From NCBI GenBank assembly GCA_033764015.1, contig JANRJK010000027.1, forward strand, positions 1 through 27,257: DNA of 27,257 nt. The letters run 5' to 3'. The position numbers and the translations under genes were made by a program. The notes below the pieces were generated by a model. That model was given only the letters and a program-made list of their open reading frames with translations, was not told the DNA's origin and did no database searches. Origin of the DNA: Candidatus Sumerlaeia bacterium (GTDB taxonomy: Bacteria > Sumerlaeota > Sumerlaeia > SLMS01 > JANRJK01). How positions within the stretch are numbered: the stretch's first letter is position 1; each line of letters opens with the position of its first letter. Below, piece after piece: positions 1-7,180 of the stretch.

Positions 1-141
1 CGCCCCCCGGAACGCCCCTCGCCGGGCCCTCACAGACACTCGCCGGAGCCAAGAAACGCCCCGGAAAACCACGGAACCGAAAAAACCGCCCCGGAATCGC
101 AAATCGGCGCCGCCAGCGCCGCCAGTTCGACAGGCTGCTAG
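1..141. mobile_element. Probable terminus of an insertion sequence (IS5/IS1182-like end) abutting a CTAG
   Basis: TTCGACAGGCTG (126-137) followed by CTAG (138-141) resembles the ...CAGCCTG/CAGGCTG-CTAG ends of IS5/IS1182-type elements. The non-coding, A/C-skewed 1-120 stretch has CCCCGGAA three times (5, 59, 89). No transposase is visible in the window. Confidence 0.45.
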
Positions 142-175
142 GGGGCGGGGTCTTCGGGCCCCGCTCCTTTGTTCT
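142..175 (+). terminator. Intrinsic terminator-like hairpin with cUUCGg tetraloop
   Basis: GGGGCGGGGTC-TTCG-GGCCCCGCTCC forms an 11-bp stem with two G:U pairs (plus-strand RNA), followed by TTTGTTCT. Confidence 0.7.
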
Positions 176-234
176 GCGCGCCGCTGCGCTTGCCATGCGG
201 GTCGCTCGCGCGGGTAGATCGGGTGTCGTCGCAC

Positions 235-847
235 TTACCGCGCCGCGTCCACCGCTTCGACCACCATGCGGTGCACCTGCTGCCAGTCCGGGATGTCGTA
301 GAACGCGATAGGGCCTCCGCGGGCGGCCCAGAAAAACCACTCCATCCCGGTGTTGGCCACGTTCACCTGCGCTGCTTGCCGCGGGCCGAAGATCACGTTG
401 CCGTGCGTCTTGCCGACCGGTTCCTTGTCGATGACGCCGAGCGACCTGACGAACTCCGCGCGGATTTCCGGCGACCGGCCCGCAACGACCGACGGGATGC
501 GGCGGTCGGTCACCGCGTAGAGGGTGCGCCGCTTCCGCCGCGCCTTCCAGAAGAAACGCCCGACGGCGAGGTACCACGCCCACAGCACCACCAGCAGTCC
601 CACCGCGAACATCAGGAGCATCGGCATCGCGCTCGACGGGTCCTGCTCCGCACGGACGCGCAGGTATCCGTTGAAGACGCCTGTGCACCAGATCATCGAG
701 AAGACAAGGATGACGGCCGACATTGGGGGCCATGTAGCCGTCGCCGCGCGCGAAGAGCACGGAAGGATCGGGGGAGCCGCTCCAGCGGATCGTTTCGCCG
801 TCCAGCAGCTCGGCATCGAGCAGTTCCTTCGCACCTTGGGCGGACAT
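235..847 (-). pseudogene. Membrane protein of the bacterial PH-domain-like type, interrupted by a +1 frameshift (or sequencing error)
   Basis: ATG at 847 gives MSAQGAKELLDAELLDGETIRWSGSPDPSVLFARGDGYMAP. The two-TM part and the YAVTDRR motif are in another frame. The span is 613 nt (3n+1); removing one base from the G5 run at 725-729 restores a continuous ORF. Confidence 0.65.
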
Positions 848-965
848 CGTCGCTAGTTCCTCCGCGCGGAATCGGTGACTCCTACCAACGCTGCCAAACA
901 CCCCGGCCCGGTGTCGAGCGCGGGGGCTGGCGAGGAACCACGCGCCGCCCCGGCGAACTGGAGCC

Positions 966-2015
966 TCACGAGCTCCCGGTGAGGATGTGGACGTCAACCT
1001 GCTGGCCGATGCGGAAGTTGCCGCCATCCCCCTCGACCCGGTACCTCGCCTGGAAGACGCGGATGTCCACGCGCTCGTTGCGCGCTCCGGTGAGCGAAAC
1101 CTTGGGCACCACGCGCGGCTCGATGTCGAGCAGGGTTGCGTTCGCCGAAATCTGCGGGTTCCCGCGCATGAAGATCGTTGCGTTGGCGGCCTCGTCGAAG
1201 CGCCAGAGGTCGGTTTCGTCGATGTCCACGCGGACCGCGAGCGGACGTGCCTGCCCGACGATCATCAGCGGCGACGTGTCGGAGGCGTTGGGGACGTACT
1301 CGCCCGGCCGGACATTCAGGTTCAGCACCACACAGTCGATTGGCGCCGTGACGGTGAGGCGCCCGAGGTTAACATTCGTTTCGGCCGCGCGCGTGCGCAG
1401 CACGCCGAGGTTCGCCTCCGCAACGCGGAGGTCTTCGGCCCAGGTCCCCTGCCGCAGCAGCGCGAGATCCGCCTCCGCCGCCTCCACTTGGGCGGCGGCC
1501 TGCTTGAGGCCGGCTTGCGCCTCTTCGTAAGCCTCGCGCGAGGCGGCGCGGGCGTCCTGCAATTGCGCAAGGCGTTCTTCGCGCAAGGTGGCGAGTTCGA
1601 GGTTGGCGAGCGCTTCGCTGCGGGCCGCTTCCGCGATCCGCAGGCTCTCGCGCCTTGGGAGCGCGCGTAGCCGCGCGAGCGCCGCCTCCGCTTCCGCCAC
1701 CTCGGCCTCGCGGGTCCTCAGCTCCGCGGCGAGCTCGCGGTCATCGAGGCGGAAGAGCGGCGTGCCGGCGGCCACTTCATCGCCCTCCTTCACGAAGACC
1801 TCCGCGACCAGCCCGCCCACCGGCGTGCCGATCCGGATTTCCTCCGTGATTGGTTCCACCACTCCCGATCCGGCGATGATCGGCGTGGGGGGCTTCTCCG
1901 GCGGTGGTGTCCGGAGCGCGGGGGGTTCCGCCAAGTCGCGGCTGTTGGCGGCCATCCGGGCGCTGAGGCCGAGCGCCACGAGGGCGACGGCTAGCAGGGC
2001 GAGGGCGGTTCTCAT
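966..2015 (-). CDS. HlyD-family periplasmic adaptor (DevB-like) of an ABC exporter
   Basis: N-terminal hydrophobic anchor MRTALALLAVALVAL; lipoyl-like halves (GGLVAEVFVKEGDEVAAGTPLFRLD and VTAPIDCVVLNLNVRPGE); long helical hairpin; C-terminal FRIGQQVDV. Start overlaps the ATPase stop (ATGA). Confidence 0.92.
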   Translation of the reverse strand: MRTALALLAVALVALGLSARMAANSRDLAEPPALRTPPPEKPPTPIIAGSGVVEPITEEIRIGTPVGGLVAEVFVKEGDEVAAGTPLFRLDDRELAAELRTREAEVAEAEAALARLRALPRRESLRIAEAARSEALANLELATLREERLAQLQDARAASREAYEEAQAGLKQAAAQVEAAEADLALLRQGTWAEDLRVAEANLGVLRTRAAETNVNLGRLTVTAPIDCVVLNLNVRPGEYVPNASDTSPLMIVGQARPLAVRVDIDETDLWRFDEAANATIFMRGNPQISANATLLDIEPRVVPKVSLTGARNERVDIRVFQARYRVEGDGGNFRIGQQVDVHILTGSS

Positions 2016-2749
2016 GCGTGGCTGGCTCCGGTGCTGGCGGGTTGGTTTCTCGAATCCTTGATGTCGATGATCATGCCATCGTCCATGAAGGCGATCCGGT
2101 CGGCGTACGGGTAGATTCGCGAGTCGTGGGTGACCAGGACGATGGTGCGGCCGTCGCGGAGGCCGCGGTCCCGCAGCAGGTCCATGACGCGGGTTCCGGT
2201 CTCGTGGTCCAGCGCGCTGGTCGGCTCGTCGCAGACGATGAGCTTGGGGGAATGGACCAGCGCCCGCGCGATGGCGACGCGTTGCTGCTGGCCACCGCTC
2301 AGCTTGGTGGGCCGGGCGTCGGCGTAGCGCTCCAAGCCCACCTGCTCCAGCAACGCATGGGCGGCCCGCAGCCGCTCCCGGCGGCCAACACCTTGCAGGA
2401 ACAGGGGCACCGCGACATTCTCCGCCGCCGTGAGCGCCGGGAGCAGGTTGAACTGCTGGAAGACGAATCCGATCGTCGAGGCGCGTCGCGACGCCAGCGC
2501 GGAGGGCGAAAGGCTGCTCCACTCGACACCCGCGACGCTGCAACTGCCTCCATCGGGACGGAGAATCCCCGCCAGCACCGACAGCAGCGTGGTCTTTCCG
2601 CACCCCGAAGGCCCGACCAGCATGAACAGCTCGCCCGGTTCAACCCGCAGGTCGATTCCTTGCAGGACGGCGATGCGTCCTTGGGAACTGTCGAAACCCT
2701 TCGTCAACCGGTGGCACTCGACCGCGGGCGCGTTTGATCGGCTGTCCAT
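2012..2749 (-). CDS. ABC transporter ATP-binding protein (DevA/LolD/MacB-type)
   Basis: Walker A GPSGCGKT, Q-loop FVFQQFNL, signature LSGGQQQR, Walker B IVCDEPT, H-loop LVTHD. Start at MDSRSN. Confidence 0.95.
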   Translation of the reverse strand: MDSRSNAPAVECHRLTKGFDSSQGRIAVLQGIDLRVEPGELFMLVGPSGCGKTTLLSVLAGILRPDGGSCSVAGVEWSSLSPSALASRRASTIGFVFQQFNLLPALTAAENVAVPLFLQGVGRRERLRAAHALLEQVGLERYADARPTKLSGGQQQRVAIARALVHSPKLIVCDEPTSALDHETGTRVMDLLRDRGLRDGRTIVLVTHDSRIYPYADRIAFMDDGMIIDIKDSRNQPASTGASHA

Positions 2750-2754
2750 TGGCC

Positions 2755-3909
2755 CTAGGTCCTGAAGACCGTTGCCGGGTCGAGCCGGAGCACCGGGATG
2801 ATGCTCAGCAGTGCGGCAAAGCCGATGGTGAGGAGGATCGCAAGGCTGGTCGCTGCGAGCACCGGAGGGAGCAGCAGGAACGGCGGATCGCCCTCGCCCG
2901 TGAGGTAGCCGATGAAGCTCGCCGCCCCCGCTCCGAGGCCGAGCCCGATCACGCCGACGGTCAGGGCTTGCGAGAGCACGACGCCGATAAGGAGTCCCGG
3001 TCGGGCGCCCATCGCCTTGAGCGCCGCGAACTGGCGGAGGTTGTCGCGCGTGAAGGTGTAGAACGTCTGCGCGGCGATCGAGATGCCGACCAGAAACCCC
3101 AGCGTCACGGTGATGCCGAAGTTGATCGGGATCCCGGTTTCCTCCGCGATGTACCAGAACGTGGAAACCTTGAACTCGTCGATTGTTAGCGCCTTCAGCC
3201 CCGTTTGCGCGGCGATGCGCTCCTTCAGGAGCGCGAGGTCGGCTCCCGATTGCAGGCCGGCGATCACGAAGGAGAGCAGGCGCCGCTCCGGCGGAGCATA
3301 CCGCAGCGCCCGTTCGTAAGTCGTGTAGAGGATCGGGAAATCCTCGAAGTTGCGCGAGAGGCGGCAGATTCCGACGATCTCGGCGCGCTGGTCGTTGATC
3401 TCCAGCACGTCGCCGACGCGCAGCGGGACCAGCGCCCCCTCCGGCCCCTCGAGCGCCAAGAGCACGTTCGCTCCGTACTCGTCGATGATGACGGCATCTG
3501 GCCGGCGAAGGTCCTCGATCCGCCCTTCGAGCATCGTCATCGGCCCGCCGATCAGTGTGGACGCATCGATGCCCACCACGCTGGCCGACTCGCTCTTCCC
3601 GTTCGGCAGCCGCAGCGGGAGCGTCCGCTTGAAGAGCGGCATGGCCCAGGAGACGCCCTCGATGCCCCGCACCACGTTCACCGCCGTGGACGGCAGCGAG
3701 ATGCCCGCGTCGGGGAACTCGGCATCGGCGTCCATGATCCAGATGCGCGCGCTTGGCGTGTCGTCGAGGAAGGCGAACGTCCGCCACATCAGCCCGCAGA
3801 AAATCGCGAGCTGCTGCGTGATCAGCAGGGATGCGAGGCTTAGCCCGAGGATCAGGGCAGTGAACTTCGCACGGTCGCCGGAGAGGATTTGGATCGCGAG
3901 GGGATACAC
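2755..3909 (-). CDS. ABC transporter permease (DevC/FtsX-MacB-like)
   Basis: GTG start (MYPLAIQILSGDRAKF); one N-terminal TM, a large periplasmic domain, three C-terminal TMs with FAALKAMGA; ends LRLDPATVFRT. Confidence 0.92.
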   Translation of the reverse strand: MYPLAIQILSGDRAKFTALILGLSLASLLITQQLAIFCGLMWRTFAFLDDTPSARIWIMDADAEFPDAGISLPSTAVNVVRGIEGVSWAMPLFKRTLPLRLPNGKSESASVVGIDASTLIGGPMTMLEGRIEDLRRPDAVIIDEYGANVLLALEGPEGALVPLRVGDVLEINDQRAEIVGICRLSRNFEDFPILYTTYERALRYAPPERRLLSFVIAGLQSGADLALLKERIAAQTGLKALTIDEFKVSTFWYIAEETGIPINFGITVTLGFLVGISIAAQTFYTFTRDNLRQFAALKAMGARPGLLIGVVLSQALTVGVIGLGLGAGAASFIGYLTGEGDPPFLLLPPVLAATSLAILLTIGFAALLSIIPVLRLDPATVFRT

Positions 3910-3976
3910 GGGGAATCGCCTGTAGGCTGGTTGAGCCGCGGGGGAGATCCAGTGCAACGCTTAGGCCGGTTTGCTG

Positions 3977-3992
3977 TACCTCTTTCGGGTGA
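3977..3992. promoter_or_regulatory. Candidate operator, copy 1 (TACCTCTTTCGGGTGA)
   Basis: Core CTTTCGGGTGA at 3982-3992, about 70 bp upstream of the ABC permease start; matches three other intergenic copies. Confidence 0.55.
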
Positions 3993-4024
3993 AGCCGGAA
4001 CCCCGACATGGGGTTCCGGCTTCA
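3990..4024. terminator. Perfect 15-bp inverted repeat downstream of the secretin gene
   Basis: TGAAGCCGGAACCCC-GACAT-GGGGTTCCGGCTTCA; no clear U-tract on either strand. Confidence 0.55.
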
Positions 4025-4062
4025 TGCCCGATTCGTGAGGAGTGGGCAGCCCAGCCCGGGGA

Positions 4063-5544
4063 CTATTCCAGCGGACGGTCCACGGTTTCGGGCGGGCTCG
4101 GCGGGTGCGGGTGGTCGGGCAGCAGCCGGCCGGGCTCGCCGAACACCTCACGGTAGAGCCGCTCGTCCTCTTCCGTGAGCCGGAGCGATGGGTTCAGGCG
4201 GAGGATCTCATCCACAAACACCGCGTCGAGCGGCCCGTCGGTCTGCATCGCATCGGCGTCCGGCAGGAGGGCGCTGCTCCACCGGGGGCGGATGAAGGTG
4301 AGGAGCTGCGTTTCGCGGATGATGCGGCGCTCCGTGGCGAAGAGCGGCCAAATCAGCGGGACATCCTTGAGTCCCGGCAGGCCTTTGCGCTCCGTCGCCG
4401 CGGCGGTGCGGGTGGTGCCGCCCAGCTTCTGCAACTGGTCGTCGAAGGAGGTCAGCGATGCCGTTACGGTCTGCGTCGCAAGGATCACCGTGCCATCGTC
4501 GGCGAACCCGGCGGGCCCGGTCGTCGAAAGCTGCACGTCGATCCGCGCCGACATCATCGTGATCGATGGCTTCAAGCGCAGCTCGATTCCCTCGGTGGGT
4601 GCATCCGAGCGGTCGTAGTCCTCCACGTCGGACACTTTCGTTTGAAGGCCAGTGTTCGAACGCAGGATCCCCTCGCGGCCGTTCGAGACGTTGATCGTGC
4701 TTCGCGTTATCGTCCGGGCGCCGCCCCGTTCCTCGACGAAGTTCAGGAACCGCGCGAGCACCTCCGCGTCGAGCGACAGCAGCGCGTCGAGCGAACGCAC
4801 CGTCGAGTCCGGCAAGCCCGCCGAACTCTCGATGTCGCGATACCGAAGATCGACGCCGCCGGTGACCGCGCCCCGCCATGCGTCCCAGTCGAGGCCGATC
4901 TGCTCGTCGTCCACGCGAAGCAGTTCGATGAACTGCACCTCGATGGCGAGTTGCGCGGTCGGCACGTCGTAGAAGAGCACCTGCGAGAACACGCGGCGGA
5001 ATCCGCTCGGCGTCTCCGACAGGTAGAGCGTGTTGGTCTCCGAGTCGCCCTCGACGCGCCCGTCGGGCGAAAGAGTGGTGGCCTTGATGATCGTCGCGAT
5101 TTCCTCCGCGTCGCGGAACTTCGTGCGGTAGCTGTACACGATCCGGCCGGTTACCGATCGGAACCCCGGGGTGTCGTAGGACTTCACCAAGCTGTCGATG
5201 TACGGCAGTTGGAACTCCGGCACGTTCACCTGGATCCACTGCCTGCTGGAGCCTTCCTCCGAAACGTTCCAGGCCGTTGCGGCGGTGCCGCCCTCGAGGC
5301 TGGCGATGTCGCGCAGGAACGGCAGCACTTCGACCGGGTGCGCGTGCTGGAGTTCGTAGGTCTTCGCGACGTAGCGGTTGAGCTGGCGCTTGTCGGTGGT
5401 GCGCAGGATCGAAATGGTGTCGGCGCCGGCCTGCACGTCGCGCTCGAGGTTGAGGATCTCCGGGGCCGGAGCCGTCGGCGGCTCCTCGGCCGCCAATAGG
5501 ACCGCGACGCCCGCAACTACGAAGAGAAGAACACTCGGCCGCAT
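4063..5544 (-). CDS. Secretin-family outer-membrane protein (type II/III secretion system protein domain)
   Basis: Signal peptide MRPSVLLFVVAGVAVLLAA with upstream GAGGTG; N-domain-like repeats (KTYELQHAHPVEV; GRVEGDSETNTLYL); DVPTAQLAIEVQFIEL entry to the secretin core; C-terminal signature KGLPGLKDVPLIWPLF...ETQLLTFIRPR. Confidence 0.85.
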   Translation of the reverse strand: MRPSVLLFVVAGVAVLLAAEEPPTAPAPEILNLERDVQAGADTISILRTTDKRQLNRYVAKTYELQHAHPVEVLPFLRDIASLEGGTAATAWNVSEEGSSRQWIQVNVPEFQLPYIDSLVKSYDTPGFRSVTGRIVYSYRTKFRDAEEIATIIKATTLSPDGRVEGDSETNTLYLSETPSGFRRVFSQVLFYDVPTAQLAIEVQFIELLRVDDEQIGLDWDAWRGAVTGGVDLRYRDIESSAGLPDSTVRSLDALLSLDAEVLARFLNFVEERGGARTITRSTINVSNGREGILRSNTGLQTKVSDVEDYDRSDAPTEGIELRLKPSITMMSARIDVQLSTTGPAGFADDGTVILATQTVTASLTSFDDQLQKLGGTTRTAAATERKGLPGLKDVPLIWPLFATERRIIRETQLLTFIRPRWSSALLPDADAMQTDGPLDAVFVDEILRLNPSLRLTEEDERLYREVFGEPGRLLPDHPHPPSPPETVDRPLE

Positions 5545-5724
5545 GAAATCACCTCTCGGTGGGGAGTGCCCGCGCGGGCGGATGCGGCGCCGCGCGGGGC
5601 GGTCCAGCTTCTCGGGCGCGCGCTCCTCCGAAGACAACGATCCCTCCGGGAGGTTTCCCCCACCTACTTTGGAGGGATCGCGAACGACGGGAAACGGACG
5701 CGTCGGAGCAGCTCCGCCGCGCGA

Positions 5725-5740
5725 TCCCTCTTTGGGGTGA
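5725..5740. promoter_or_regulatory. Candidate operator, copy 2 (TCCCTCTTTGGGGTGA)
   Basis: Core CTTTGGGGTGA at 5730-5740 in the divergent secretin/ycaC intergenic region, about 107 bp before the first hydrolase. Confidence 0.6.
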
Positions 5741-5847
5741 GGACAAGTTACACCGATCCGCCAGCTTGCCGATTGATGGGGCGGGCCGCTTAGCGTTCCG
5801 CCCGAGTCATCCGACTCCCGACCCTCGACAGGACAAGGCGCCCATCG

Positions 5848-6516
5848 ATGAGCAAGCTCGACCTCCTCACTCCGCAGAACTGCACCGTGGTCTTCATCGA
5901 CCACCAACCCCAGATGACCTTTGGCGTGGCGAACATCGACCGCCAGACCTTGATCAACAACGTGATCGGCTTGGCCAAGGCCGCCCGCACCTTCCACGTC
6001 CCGGTGATCCTCACGGCCGTCGAGACGCTCAGCTTCAGCGGGCACATCTGGCCGCAGCTCCAGGACGTCTTCCCCGGCAACGAGATCATCGAGCGGTCCT
6101 CGATGAACTCCTGGGAGGACGCGAAGTTCGTCGATGCGGTGAAGAAGCACGGACGCAAGAAGCTCGTGATGGCCGCCCTCTGGACGGAGGTTTGCCTCTG
6201 CTTCCCCGCCCTCGAGGCGACCGCGGCGGGCTACGAGGTGTACGCGGTCGCGGATGCCTCCGGCGGCACCAGCCGGGAGGCCCATGACTACGCCATGCAG
6301 CGCATGGTGCAGGCGGGCGTGATCCCCGTCACCTGGCAGCAGGTGCTCCTCGAGTTCCAGCGCGACTGGTCCCGCAAGGAAACCTACAACGACGTGATCG
6401 CCACCGTCGAAGAGCACAGCGGCGCCTACGGCGTGGGCGTCGAGTACGCCAAGACGATGGTGCACAAGCTGCCGGAAAGCCGCGGCGGCTTCCGCCATCC
6501 CGCCGGAGGCGCCTGA
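5848..6516 (+). CDS. YcaC-like isochorismatase-family cysteine hydrolase 1
   Basis: VFIDHQPQM (Asp), IERSSMNSWED (Arg), AALWTEVC (Cys); ADASGG; 222 aa. Confidence 0.93.
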   Translation: MSKLDLLTPQNCTVVFIDHQPQMTFGVANIDRQTLINNVIGLAKAARTFHVPVILTAVETLSFSGHIWPQLQDVFPGNEIIERSSMNSWEDAKFVDAVKKHGRKKLVMAALWTEVCLCFPALEATAAGYEVYAVADASGGTSREAHDYAMQRMVQAGVIPVTWQQVLLEFQRDWSRKETYNDVIATVEEHSGAYGVGVEYAKTMVHKLPESRGGFRHPAGGA

Positions 6517-6518
6517 CC

Positions 6519-7175
6519 ATGGGCAGGAATCCCTACACGGAGAAGCTGACGGCCGACAACTCCGCCATGCTCCTCATCGACCACCAGACGGGGACGATGC
6601 TGGGCGTGCAGGACATCCGCCTGGACCAGTTCCGGAGCAACGTCCTGGCACTGGCGAGGACGGCGAAGGCGCACCGGCTGCCGACGGTCCTCACGGCATC
6701 CTACGCGGAGGGCCCGAACGGCCCGCTCATGCCGGAACTGCTGGAGATGTTCCCCGAAGCTCCGGTGGTGTACCGGCCCGGCCCGATCGACTCCTTCGAC
6801 GATCCGAACTTCGTGGCGGCGGTGGAGAAGACGGGGCGCCGGAAGCTGATCATGGCGGGCGTCACGACGGATGTCTGCCTCTACTTCCCCGTGATGTCCG
6901 CGCTCGCGAGGGGCTACGATGTGTGGGCCGTGTACGACGCGTCGGGCTGCTGGGACACGATGTCGGAGCTGACCTCCTGCATGCGCATGAGCCAGGCCGG
7001 CGCGATCGTCTGCAACTGGGCGGTCATCACGGCCATGCTCCAGGCGGACTGGCGCCGCGGCGACGTTGCCCCCGCAACGCTGGAGATCTTCGGGCAGCAC
7101 CTGCCGTTCTACGGGATGCTGGCCAACAACCAGCAGGCCTCCCGGCGCGGGAACACCAGCGGCAACGGAGGCTGA
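6519..7175 (+). CDS. YcaC-like isochorismatase-family cysteine hydrolase 2
   Basis: LLIDHQTG, GPNGPLMPEL, VYRPGPIDSFDD, AGVTTDVC; GGAGG RBS upstream. Confidence 0.93.
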   Translation: MGRNPYTEKLTADNSAMLLIDHQTGTMLGVQDIRLDQFRSNVLALARTAKAHRLPTVLTASYAEGPNGPLMPELLEMFPEAPVVYRPGPIDSFDDPNFVAAVEKTGRRKLIMAGVTTDVCLYFPVMSALARGYDVWAVYDASGCWDTMSELTSCMRMSQAGAIVCNWAVITAMLQADWRRGDVAPATLEIFGQHLPFYGMLANNQQASRRGNTSGNGG

Positions 7176-7180
7176 AGCCC

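Noticed and set aside
2012..4009. 665-aa ORF suggesting a fused ABC protein, and the 545-aa ORF 966..2603
   Set aside because: The extensions are off-frame read-through across neighbouring genes; the real starts are 2749 and 2015.
5545..6498. N-terminal extension of the 811-aa ORF 4063..6498 (-)
   Set aside because: Antisense shadow of hydrolase 1 plus intergenic DNA; the secretin has a signal peptide and RBS at 5544.
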